Shown one piece after another: positions 39,496 through 51,863 of a stretch of DNA of 64,000 bases. The first letter of the stretch is position 1. Every line of letters starts with the position of its first letter. The notes beneath the pieces are model-generated. The model did no database searches. It was not told the origin of the DNA and saw only the letters and a program-made list of their open reading frames with translations. Position numbers and translations under genes: made by a program. Source of the stretch: Psammoneis japonica. Lineage: Eukaryota. The stretch covers positions 124,001-188,000 of the forward strand of contig QPGO01000096.1 of NCBI GenBank assembly GCA_008632985.1, in the 5' to 3' direction.

Positions 39496-40981
39496 ATGAT
39501 GAAGATCTCTGCTGCTCTTCTAGCACTTGCGCTCGCGAGCTCGTCGTTGTGTGTTCAAGGACAAACCGTGTTGGAAGTTGTAGAGGACTCTGCCAACCAC
39601 ACCACACTTGCAGCCGCAGTTGACGCTGCCCAAATGCGATCTCCGATTTTTTGGATGACGATTCAGCTAGCTTTACGTTGTTCGCTCCTGACAATAGCGC
39701 CTTTGCTACTCTTCCAAATGGCACCGTAGGGCTCCTCACTTCTGAACCGTGGCAGAACCACCTCGTTTGTGTTCTTCTGGGACATGTGTATGGTGGTGAG
39801 TCTTCGTTGATCGTACTTGCAAGACATTTTGTGTTGTGCTTTTTAGTGCTGCTCACTGACTCCTGCATTCGTGTTTTTGCGTTTCTGCAGATGCGGCCGT
39901 CAACTCATCTTCCATTACAGATCCCATCTCCGTCGAGTCAGAAGAGGACGGTTTCTTCTTGAACTTGACGCGCAGCGGTGATACCGTCAGTGTGAATGGA
40001 ATTCCCGTCACGACCCCTGATATTCCGGCTTCGAATGGAATTATCCACAGCATCTCCGCAGGTGTTCTTCTACCTGATTGTGTTGCCAAGAATATTGCAG
40101 ACGTCCTCACGGAGTCCGGCAACTTTACAACTCTTCTCGCGGTGGTCAATGCTGGCAATTTGACGGGCCTTGTCACAGCCCCTCCTACTCCTGAGGGACT
40201 CACTGTTCTAGCGCCCAATGATGAAGCGTTCGCCGCGGTCCCTCCAGAGGTTACCAATTATCTCCTTGGCAACACCACGGCGCTTAGGGACGTTCTCTCA
40301 TACCACGTTATCGAAAGCAACTTTATCCCCACCGAGGATGAAACGGTCGAGTCTGCCCTAGGAGAAGATCTTGAGTTCACTGTTGATGACGATGAAATCA
40401 CTGTGAATGGAAACACCTTAGTCGAGGTTACAACGCTTGCATCGAATGGTATCGTTCACGAGATCGATGCGGTGTTGCTGCCCCCCAATTTCGCACTCCC
40501 GACGCAAGCTTCGGAAATGCCGTCGGCTGCTCCTTCATCCCTAGCTACCGGTACTAGCGAAACGCCATCCCAGGCACCCACGGTCGAAGGTGCGACGACA
40601 TCCCAGGAACCCACGGGCGAAGTTTCTTCAGAAGCGCCGTCCCAGGCGCCCTCGGTCCAAGCCTTTACGGGCATGCCATCCCTGACGCCTACCGAGACGG
40701 CCACAATCTCCGTAGCTCCTACTAGCACCCCAGGGCCTACCGCGATGGCCACCTCCGCATCTCCTACTAGCACCCCAGGGCCTACCGTCACGGTCACCAC
40801 TTCCTCCGCGTCTCCTACTAGCACCCCAGGGCCTACCGTCATGTCTACGGGTGCAGGTTCACCCATGCCTACCGCGACTGTAACTTCGTCCATGCCCTCC
40901 ATTACTCCAACGACTTCTGGAGCTACCAAGGCCAGCGTGTTTGCTGCTCTTGTTGCAGGAATTGTGACTCTCTTTTTGTGA
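39496..40981 (+). CDS. Fasciclin (2x FAS1) cell-surface protein with Ser/Thr/Pro-rich stalk and hydrophobic (GPI-like) C-terminus
   Basis: Signal peptide; TLFAPDN.AF, ASNGIIH.I..VL, TVLAPNDEAF, LSYHV. Intron 39796-39890. CCTACTAGCACCCCAGGGCCTACC repeated three times at 40718-40838. Small frameshifts. Confidence 0.88.
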
Positions 40982-41199
40982 ATCTTTTGAATCCGTGTCA
41001 TTTTTGTGAAGCTATTGTGACTTTAAAGTAATAGTGCTTGTTTTGGTTGTGTTTGAGATTTCCAACTACAATGCATGAGCTACAACACATGAACTAGTTA
41101 CATGAATTTCGAAACAATGGATGCCTCCACTGTAGTCGGCTGTCCAAATGAAAAATAGTTTCTCTGAAAGGGCTTTCAAGGCTACAAGCCTCTTTTCTT

Positions 41200-44100
41200 T
41201 AATGCCCTCCCAGCTCCTCATCATGGCAGGAAACTTCATGCTTTTGACACGGAATGGACGCCTTTGGGCACCCATCCTTTTTTTCCACCTGCTCTGCTAT
41301 GTTGTGCTACAAGTGCTCTGCCTCTTTACATGTTGGGGCTGGGTTGGGTGGTGGTGTAGTGGTTGCACAGCTCAAGCTCGGTCCCACAGTGAACTCATGT
41401 CGCAAGGAAAGGTGTGTTGCTTGGGAGGCATTCTTCCGCAAAGACTGCACAGCAAATGACACAATTGTCAGCATGGATCAGTTTTTGCAACAACACACAG
41501 TCTTCTTCATGCACCACAAGGCCAGCAATTTCCACTGGCATGATTTTGGTGCTTGCATCCTCAGCTGCCGGTGCTGCAAAATTCCTTGCCAGGAGCATCA
41601 GTCAAAGTTGTTTCAGGACTGCCATCCCAGGCGCCTTCAGTCAAAGTTCCTGGTGTGGGAATGCACCCACTCCACTCCTGCCAGCACCTTGACACCTGTT
41701 GTCATGGCCACCACCTCCTCCAAATCTCCTGCTGGCACCCTGTCACACCAACCCCAATGCGCCCACTGTCATGGCAGTCAACATCAGCTGCTCACCCACA
41801 GCCTCAGGTGCACGTGTGTTTCTGGTGTGCAACCTCTCACACTTGTTGTGTCACCCTTCTCAGGTGGCTTTGTGCTGGGTCTCACAGGACAGTTTTGGCC
41901 ATTTCTGCCAATGGCACACCCTCATTTCAGCATGACAAACAACAGCTCTTTCAGAGAATGAGAAACACATGCATCAACGCCTTGTGGCCCACATGCTTGT
42001 TGTCCTTTCTGGCAATTTTTTGCAGATTCTGCCAATTTTTGACACAGGGTGCAGCACCTGCTCTGTGTGCTTCTGAAACAATCGCCCACAACCGCTTTGT
42101 CAAATTTCTGAACTGCTTTCATCCACACACATCTCAGCCCTCGATGCTCTCTTTGTTTCTCTCCCATTGGCCAACGGGCCAATTGTTCTGCACTTTGTGT
42201 GTTGCAAGATCTGTCTCTGTTGTGGCACTTGTGAGTGTGCACCAGAAACACCCTTCTTCATTGCCCTTTGATGGCCATTCATCTGCTGCATTGATTGGTG
42301 CTTCTGCACAAGATCTGGTGTTGTTTCGGCTCATGGGAAACATTTCCACTGATGCCCAACTCACTTGTCATTAGACTCTCCTTTTTGCACTTGCCAGCTC
42401 TGAACAACCCTGCTCTTGCTTTTGGCTTGTCAAGCTCTCACTGCTTCAAGTGGCAAACCTTTTGCTTTCACTCCAGCACCCAGAAGTGCCAAGCTGAGTG
42501 TGTTTCTGTTGAAGGCAAGGTGTTTTGTTGGTGGCGGCAATGTTTTTTCCAAGATCTTGCAACATTTTTGCAACCCATTCTGAGTGCAACTGTCCTTTGC
42601 TTTCATTTTGTGGATCTTCCAGCATGTCCAATCCAAAAGAAAGCAACAACCACCTTCTTCCCATGTGTTGTCAGTTTGTTCCAACCAGTTGTCTCTGGCG
42701 GGCACCACTGCAAGGCAGCAACATGACTGGCCAACTGCACCAGCCTCTCCTGCATCCCCAGTGGGGTGAGCTGGAAGTGTGGGTCAGCCGGCGCAGCTGG
42801 GCAACAAAGGTGCAAGAGAGCTGCAAACTGGGTTTGAGTTTTTTTTTGCTGTCAGTGCATGCTGGTGCAGGGTCATCCATGTCCACAGGGAGGCTGCAAC
42901 TTCATCCATGCCCTCCATTTCTCCAGCAACTTCTGGAGCTGCTGAGGCCAGCATGCTCGCTGCTTTTGTTGCAAGAGTTGTGGCTGTGTTTGTTTTGTAA
43001 ATCTTTTCAGCCCATGTCACTTTTGTGAAGCCACTGTGACTTCAAAGCAACGGTGCTTGTTGTGGTTGTGTGTTTGAGATTTTGCCAACTGTGGTGCATT
43101 GTGAGCTCCAGTTGCATGATTTTGAAACAATGGATGCCTTCACTCTCAAGATCACTGTTCAAACAAAAATGGTTTCTCTAAAAGGGCTTTCAAGGCTGTG
43201 TGCCTTTTTACTTTGACACCACTCTTCAGCTCAGCATCGTCACAGCAGGAAGCTTCATTGTTTTTTGTGACCCCCTTTGGCAGTTGACCATCCTTTGCCA
43301 CCTGCTCTGCTGCCATGTTGCACAACATTGCTCTGCCTTTTGATGTGTTGGGGCTGGGTTGGCGGCAGTGTGGGTGGCTGCACAACTTGAGCTTGGCTCC
43401 CCACTGGAAACCCATGTCACAAGAAAAGGTGAGTTGCTTGTGAGCTGCACTTTTCCAAAGACCACAAGTGTGGATCAGGTTTGGCCACAATTCACAGTGC
43501 ACTTTGTGCACAACAAGGCAGGCAATTCCCGCTGGCACAATTTTCAGTGTTTTTGCATTGTCAGCAAGCTGCTGGCACCACCAACAATTGTCTTGAGAGC
43601 CTTCAGTCAAAGCTCCTGTGGCGGGAGTTCTGTCCAAGATGCCTCCCCGATTGTTGCAACCTCTGAATCTCCCACTGGCTTCCCATTGCCTGTCACCATG
43701 GCTGCCACCTCCTCCAAATCTCATGCTGGTGGCACCCCATCAACTGCCCCAGCACCTGTGCCGTTGTGGCTGTGGGTGCAGGGACACCCATGCTTTTCGA
43801 AGCAGCTGTGACTTCATCTGTGCCTTCATTTTTTCCAATGACTTCAGGAGCTGCCAATGCTGGTGTGCTTGCTGCTTTCATTGCAGCAGTTGTGCTTCCT
43901 CACCTTTTTTTGAATCCTTGAGCCTGTGTGCTGCTCTTTTGTGAAGCTGTTGTGTGGCTTTGAAGCAACGGTGTTTGTTTTGGTTGTGTGTGTTTGAACT
44001 TGCCAGCTGCAGCGCCAGCTGCATGAATTTTGAAACAATGGATGCGCCCACCTTTCTGATCCACTGTCTGAAGGAAAATGATTTCTTTCCCAAAGCTCAA

Positions 44101-44440
44101 GGCAGCTCGGTTGAGAAAGCTGCTTTGTTGCAGCTGTGCATTGTTGCAGTGGACCATGGAGCAGTTTTGCTGCTGATGGCTTGACAGGAGAGCCCTGCTC
44201 TCTGCTCTCTGGACGACACTGCTGCTCTGGAGAGCCATGGTCACACCTCACACAGACAACACATCTGCTCTGTTGGCATCTTTTTTTCACATTCATTTTC
44301 ACTTGATTTGCCAATGGCACATCGGCCCAACAATGTGCTCAGTTGTCTCATGCAACATGTTTCTGGGGGTGTGCTTTCTCTCTGCCTGCTCTGTGCTCTC
44401 TGCAGCAGATGGAGCAGTTGCTGCTGTTAGCTCGACAGAG
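41200..44440 (+). repeat. Hypermutated block 6: degenerate tandem copies of the fasciclin 3' end plus flank, with a ~1 kb unrelated insert
   Basis: 40500-41540 realigns to 41540-41800 + 42860-43530 and to 43540-44060, with TA/CG replaced by TG/CA. Confidence 0.85.
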
Positions 44441-44742
44441 TCCTGCTCTCTACTCTCTAGACACTGCTGCTCTAGAGAGCAGAGTGGTCGTGCCTTACAC
44501 AGACAAGTGACACATCTGCTCTGCCAGCATCCTTTCTTCACATTCGCCAAGCATTGCATTCATGCATTACATTTTCACTTTATTCACTGAAAGCACATCA
44601 GCCCAATAATGCTTAGTTGTCTCGTATGTTTCTCATAGCTTTCTACGGTACGTGGTATCCTTTTTGCACGATCTTTCTGCTGAAAATAGCGAGGCGATCG
44701 CTTCAGTCTCATCATTAACGTGACGATTGACGATTCAACCTG

Positions 44743-46155
44743 ATGGCCATGCGTTGCTTTGCCTTCAGCAATAAGTCGCAAAGATGGAACGCCGCAAAAA
44801 GGCGCTTGTTATCTATGACAAATAATGGCCCATTGGATCAAATTTGTGAGCTGGCTGCGTCGAATTTAAAGTTTGGTCCCGGCGCTACATCAGAAGTCGG
44901 AGATGAGCTTCGTCTCGTGTACAGCGCCAAGCGAGTTGTGGTCTTTACCGATACCACAATCGATAAACTGCCTTGCATGTCTATTTTGAAAGAATCTTTG
45001 GAAAAGAATAAGTTAGAAGCTGTCACGTATGACCAAGTCCGGATCGAACCAAGCAGCGTCAGTTTCCAGCACGCGATTGAATTTCTTCAGAATCAGCAAT
45101 ACGATGCGGTGGTGGCGTTGGGTGGCGGATCGGTGATCGACACAGCAAAGGCAGCTAATTTATACGCTACTTTTCCAGCCGACTTTTACGACTATGTAAA
45201 TCCACCAGTGGGGCGAGGCCTACCAGTTCCGGGGTTGGACAAGGGAAGTCTACCGCCGCTCATTGCAATTCCACTACCGCTGGTACCGGCAGTGAGACCA
45301 CCGGAGTCGCCATTTTTGATGACTTGGCAACAAGAAGCAAAACGGGGATTGCGAATCGTCGATTGAAACCAACTCTGGGAATTGTAGATCCAGAAAATAC
45401 AAAGACTCTACCACCGGCCGTTGCCACCTACTCGGGCTTGGACGTGTTGTGCCATGCCATTGAAAGCTACACGGCGTTGCCCTTTGATCAACGACCGAAA
45501 CCTACATCCCCAGTGGATCGACCCGCCTATCAGGGATCTAATCCGATCAGCGATGTCTGGTCCATGTTTGCTCTAGAAACTGCAGCAAAATACCTACCAC
45601 GTGCTGCCTTGGCGAGGATGACGAGGCTCGTTCCAAAATGTTAATCGCCAGTTCTGCCGCTGGCATGGGATTCGGAAACGCGGGAGTTCATTTGTGCCAC
45701 GGAATGAGTTATCCTATTTCGAGTCAGGTTGAATCTTATCAACCAAGTGGGTACGACTCGGTTGATCATGCTATTGTGCCGCACGGGCTGTCTGTGATTG
45801 TCACAGCACCATCTGTGTTTTCCTTCACAGGCCAAGCCAACCCCGACAGACACGCAGCCTGTGCCAAAATACTGGCATCCGCCCGTCTTGGAGACGCAGA
45901 TCAACTGACACCTTCCATGACTCGTGATGATTGGAGTGGAGACGACGCTGGTTTGTGGCTTGCTGATGAAATACGAGAATTGATGCATTCGCTCAAGGTT
46001 CCCCGGGGTATTCGGGCAATGGGATACACTACTGAGCACATTGCTTCCTTAGTTGAGGGCACGCTTCCACAACACCGAGTCACAAAATATCGCCACGACC
46101 CGTTGGTCGAGAGGAGTTAGACACCTTGTTTCGCAACGTACTGAATGATTCTTAA
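44743..46155 (+). CDS. ADHFE1: Hydroxyacid-oxoacid transhydrogenase (iron-containing ADH family)
   Basis: ASNLKFGPG...EVG, GGGSVIDTAKAANLY, DYVNPPVGRG, GLDVLCHAIESYTA, RPAYQGSNPISD, FGNAGVHLCHGMSYPI, LPQHRVTK. Several frameshifts. Confidence 0.92.
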
Positions 46156-46709
46156 GGTTGCAAGTTGCAGAGCAAAATTTTTTGACCCTGTAAAGTGTCA
46201 AGTCCATACCCGTTTTGTTTCTATTACGGCAGACAAATACCGGTATCTCGTGCCGTTCCGAGAAAATTCTTGTCCGGTCGCGTTTTGCCTCTGGTCTTGT
46301 TTCGCGAACCCGGCAAAGAGGTCTTTGGCGTGGTATTGAGTCGTGATGAATGCGTCAGTATCTACTCTAATCATAGAGGAGTCGCAACATACGTACTTCG
46401 ACCGTCGATTGTGATCCCACGCCACGGCGATCACTTGTTTTCGTGTAATAGTACAGCATGCCAATGATGTGACGAGACCCGGAAAAGCAAGATCACGCAT
46501 CACATCGAAGTTCGAAGGTGTTCCAGTCGAATTTTTTCGCATACGTCATCGACGTCATCAGCCGTAATTTCTACGTGATTTCGGTACACGGCATTGTCGT
46601 TTGTGACTCACAGATCTTGATCCGTGATGTTTCTCTCATTTTTTGGCACAATCGGACGACCCGCTCACAATTTCTTGCTGACCGTTTTGCAGAGTATCAC
46701 AAGTTCACG

Positions 46710-47728
46710 ATGAAGCTTTTCATTGCCGCCTTGTCACTTGCCCTTGCGGGCTCCGTCTCTGCTCAGTCCATCTTGGACACTGTCAAAGACTCTCCCGACC
46801 ACGGCACACTTGAGCAAGCTGTAGGCGTTGCTCCAAAAGCGATTGCTGACGCGTTGGGAAACGAGAGTTTGAGTTTGACGTTGTTCGCCCCGGACGACAT
46901 GGCGTTTTCTGCCCTCCCTGAAGGTACTGTGGGACTTCTCACTACTGAGCCGTGGGAGAACCATCTTGCTTGTGTACTTTTAGGACATGTCCATCCCAAC
47001 GCCGTCAACTCGTCCTCCATCCCGGAGGGAACCACTTTGGTGGACTCACTTACCGAGGGTTACAAGTTGAACCTTACGCGCAGCGGTGAAGCCGTCAGTG
47101 TAACGGAATTCCCGTCACTACTGCCGATATTCCGGCTACCAACGGATTCATCCACAGCATTTCCGAGAGTGTTCTCCTTCCTGATTGCGTCACCAAGAAC
47201 ATTGCCGAGCTCGCGACGATGAATGGAAACTTCACGACTCTTCTTAAATTGGTGGGTGATACAAATTTGACAGATGAATTCACGGGGGCTCCAACGGCCG
47301 ACGGCCTCACGCTCATGGCTCCGACAGACGACGCTTTCTCCAAAGTCCCCAGTAATATCCTTGAGTTTATTGGGGGCAACGTGACTGTTCTAACCGAAGT
47401 GCTCACCTACCATGCTATTCCTGAAAACGTGTTCCCCACCGAATCGGGATCGGTGAAGTCCATTCAGGGAGATGACATTATGGTGGATGTTGATGGCAGC
47501 ACTATCAAGCTAAACGGTGCCAGTACAGTTCAGGGAACGGCTTATGCATCGAATGGAGTCATCCACATTATCGATACGGTGTTGCTCCCTCCCTCTTTAT
47601 CTCTTCCGGGAACGCCGATGCCTACTGACGGTCCGGAAACGCCGATGCCTACTGACGCTCCCTCGGGAGCAGCCAAGGCCGGTATGCTCGCCGCTGCGGT
47701 TGCTGGAGTGGCGGCTCTTATTCTTTAA
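46710..47728 (+). CDS. Second fasciclin (2x FAS1) paralogue, intronless
   Basis: Signal peptide. GTVGLLT.EPW.NHL.CVLLGHV shared with the 39496 gene. TLMAPTDDAF, ASNGVIHIIDTVLLP. Frameshift near 47100. Confidence 0.88.
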
Positions 47729-48240
47729 TAAAGTGCATTTTAAAAGTAGTTGGACCAAGTAATTGTATCATTGTGGTATCTAGAGTTATTCAACGGTTAA
47801 TCGAACCTTTCGCTGATGAGTTGGGAATTGGTTAGACCTTTTTGATAAACGTGCTACTGTACTACCAGCATCGAGCCGTGGCTCCTGGAGCAGCTAGCTA
47901 CAGTAGTAGGGCCCTTTACAGTCCTACGGTACAGTAGCTGAAGGCGAAAGTGAATGAGTCAGGGAGGATGAATTTTTTAGCGCGGGAACATTCCTTTCAA
48001 GCAGATGAGTGTATAAATTACTGTATACATATTTAAACTCTTGGAAACTATTCAAAAAGTGATACTCAGAATTTTCTCAACTTATGAAGCCTGTCCGTAC
48101 GTACGGTATGGTAAGTAACAGGATTGAGTTGAGATGAGACGAGAGATCAAAGCGACACTTTCAACTTGAACACAACAACATCATCGCTTGTTGAGACGGT
48201 CACAATACCATATCATACGAACTTCACTGCGTCGGAGGCC

Positions 48241-50300
48241 ATGTCCAATCGCAACGGAGATGACTTGCTTGATCCCTCGTTATTGGAGGGTTTGTCAGAA
48301 CAGGAAAGAAGCGAAGCATTGGCAGCTGCGGCTGCTGCTCGACGTGCAGAAGAACGCGCTGAACGCAGAGCTCTTGAAAGGGCCATGGCTCAGCGAGAGG
48401 CTCAAAAGCGGCAGGAAGAGCAGCTGAAAGCTGAAAATAGCAGCGGGGGTAACTTATCATCCAAGAATGGTATCGGTAGAAACAGCAACAAGGTCGTTTT
48501 TGTTAGTCGAAAGCAACGAATGGCCCAGCAACAACGAGAGAGGATGCAAGAAAAGCAGACAAGTCGAACAACGCACTGCCTCCACGGCTCACACAACCGC
48601 CGCAAGCAAGAAATCAGCTGCTTCATCTGAATCAAAGCAAGTAGAGCACCACAATCTGTCTCAGTCAGAACTCTCTTCGATTAAGAAGTCTACTTGGGAA
48701 AGCAAAGTACCGCTTCAACGCTGGAGGAAGAAGCTGCGAAAGAAAAGAAACGGCGCAAGGATAGGTCCAAGAAGAAAATGACGTTCAAGTTTGAATGGGA
48801 TGCTACGGAAGACACGTCTCAAATGCAAGAAGACGAACAAGCTATGCTTGCCTAATGAATAGACGTAAAAAGAAACCGCGTCTCAGCAACACGCAGACGC
48901 TGTGGCAACCATTGATTCAGCCATGACGAAACCTCTTGCAAAAATGACACCGAGAGATTGGCGTATCTTTAGGGAAAATTACGATATTACAGTGAAGGGT
49001 GGAAAGGCACCACCACCGCTTCGATCGTTCGAGAGCCCTCTCCGGGATTGCCGTCGCTTCATCATGCACTATTGAATCGATTGAAACGGTCTTGAGGTAC
49101 AAAGATCCTAGTCCGATTCAACGACAAGCCATACCCATTGGGCTGCAGAAGCGGGACTTGATTGGAGTCGCCGAAACGGGAAGTGGAAAACCGCAGCCTT
49201 TGGTATACCTCTTTGTCAGTACTTGTTGCAGCTCCGGTCAGAGTTCTTGGATCGTGTGGCCACTGAAGGCCCGCTGGCTCTCGTCATGGCTCCTACTCGA
49301 GAGCTGGCTATGCAGATCGAGGAAGAAATGTCCAAGTTGCTGAGTAACAGAATAAAATCACAACTTTTGTGTTGTTGGAGGACAGCCCATTCAGCAACAA
49401 GCATACAGACTCCGCCAGGGAGTCCATATTGTGGTGGGAACGCCGGGTCGTATAACGATTGTGTGGAAATGGCATACCTCGTCTTGAATCAGTGTTGTTA
49501 CATAGTCATCGACGAGGCGGATCAATGATTGATTTGGGCTTGCCCCTCAAATGGAGAAGATTCTAGATGCCATGGGAGGATTGTTGAAGTCAGAGGATGA
49601 GGCGTTGACGTATGAACAAGAAATGGAGGATCTGAAACGGACCAACGACTTGCCACGCCACAGACTTACGACAATGTTTAGTGCTACCATGCCACCCGAA
49701 GTGGAACGCCTGGCTAAACAGTACTTGCGTCATCCCGCAATCGTGAGCATTGGCGACCAAGATTCTGGCAAGAATGCGAGAATCACCAGCGTATTATTTT
49801 CTGTCGTCGCCATCGCAAAAAGAAAAGGCACTGCGTGATTTGTTGTCGAATGGTAGAAACGATGATAAAATTATTGTCTTTGTCAATGAAAAGAAACACG
49901 CCGATGGCGTGGGTCGCATGGTGGAACGAATGGGGAGGCGTTGCGTCGTTTTACATGGTGGCAAGTCCCAAGAGATTCGCGAAGAAAATCTCGAAATCTT
50001 CAAACGCGGTGGAGTGGTCCTGGTTGCCACTGATGTAGCTGGACGGGATTAGACATTCCAAATGTACCATTGCATCAATTATGATCTGCCAACGCGGTCC
50101 ATTGAAAACTACACCCATCGTATTGGACGCACGGGTCGTGCGGGTAAGGCTGGACTTGCTACATCTTTCCTGACGGAGGAAGATACGACCATTATGGCAC
50201 CTCTAAAGAGCTACCTGAGAGTACGGGCAACCCTGTTCCAGACAAGCTAGCTAGACATCCCGCAGCTACTGCCGGTTCCGCTGGGAGTCACATTACGTAA
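48241..50300 (+). CDS. PRP28: DEAD-box splicing helicase Prp28/DDX23
   Basis: [87 protein letters not shown]. Many frameshifts. Confidence 0.92.
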
Positions 50301-50762
50301 ATAATGTCAAAATAACTCACATGGAAAGATTGCGAGAGACACTGTACGTATTGTACTTAAATTGCGATCAGCTTACGGCACAGCATTTTCCTTATCTGGC
50401 TTCGGCTGTGATAAATAAACAGTGTTAATAGAGCGAACAGGTTGGCAAGCCTAAATGAGTATAAAAGAGCGTGTGATGAGCTATTCCACAAGGTATCGAG
50501 CGTCTCGAGCAATTTCAAATTATGAATTACCTGGCTGGTGAATGAAAAATCTCTTATTAAAGCTCTGACATTTTGCTTAGTATCTTTCTACATTTTCTAT
50601 TTATTTTCGGAACGCCGAAGGCGGAATTGAGAATGGAGAAGCAATAGCGCATTTTGCAACAACATCTTCAGTCTTCAGCGACTATCACTCGATGACACCG
50701 CCAGCCGCCATCAACGCTACTAGCACGTCCAGTTTTTACGGCTGCTTCATCGACGCACATAT

Positions 50763-51630
50763 ATGGTTCATTCGAGATTCCAAATAGGCAGACTCTCTGC
50801 ATTCTCTTCGTGTTTGTTGGCTTCTATTGCAGGTTTTCGTTCCGGGTCGCTTTGTGTACCAAGATCCATCAGATCCATCATGTCAGTCGATTCGTCAAAG
50901 AAGAGAACGACTGCTTCCCACCCCATTGTTTTCGTCAGCTGACGAGACCGGCGATACTGATGCCCCGTCGTCGTTGATCGTATCCTCGCTTCATAACCTG
51001 GGAAGCAGTAACGATAACAGCAAGATCCAGCTTGTGCTGGCAAGTCAGAGCCCTAGACGACGCGAAATCCTCGACATGATGGGGTTGGCTGAACGCTACT
51101 CTGCCACCCATCTCCTTTGGACGAATCTGCGCTTCAAAAGAGACTGCAACAAAACCATTACCCAATAGAATACACGCAGACACTTGCACAAGAAAAGGCA
51201 AACGCAATGGCTGCTTCTTTGGTGACGGGAAATGTTGAGGGCAAACAGACACTTGGAACTCTGGTTTTAGGATCAGATACCATTGTTGATTTGAATGGAA
51301 AAATACTGGAAAAGCCTTCTAATGCAAATGAAGCCAAGGAAATGCTACAAAACTATCTGGCCAATGGCACTCTGTTCATACAGGTGTCTCGATATATCAT
51401 GTCTCAAGCGACTCTGTAACGGAAATGTCATGCTTTGTCGACACTGCCGAGGTCAAGTTTGCAGTTTTATCCGAGCAGGATATTGAAGCATATGTAGAAA
51501 CGGAGGAGCCAATGGATAAGGCCGGCTCATACGGAATACAAGGAGTGGGTGGCCAGTTGGTAGAGGGAATACAAGGCGACTTTTTCACAGTAATGGGCTT
51601 GCCCATGCACAGAACCAGCATAGCCTTGTC
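50763..51630 (+). CDS. Maf/YhdE-family nucleotide pyrophosphatase; 3' end runs into the assembly gap
   Basis: LVLASQSPRRREIL, GSDTIV...ILEKP, EPMDKAGSYGIQG, GDFFTVMGLP. Frameshifts present. Start approximate. Confidence 0.85.
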
Positions 51631-51863
51631 NNNNNNNNNNNNNNNNNNNNNNNNNNNNNNNNNNNNNNNNNNNNNNNNNNNNNNNNNNNNNNNNNNNNNN
51701 NNNNNNNNNNNNNNNNNNNNNNNNNNNNNNNNNNNNNNNNNNNNNNNNNNNNNNNNNNNNNNNNNNNNNNNNNNNNNNNNNNNNNNNNNNNNNNNNNNNN
51801 NNNNNNNNNNNNNNNNNNNNNNNNNNNNNNNNNNNNNNNNNNNNNNNNNNNNNNNNNNNNNNN
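51631..51863. other. Assembly gap (233 N)
   Basis: Run of N. Confidence 0.99.

Noticed and set aside
41200..44440. Classical fungal RIP or simple CpG decay as the full explanation
   Set aside because: RIP increases TA and lowers CA/TG, the opposite of what is seen. CpG deamination alone cannot convert TA to TG/CA.
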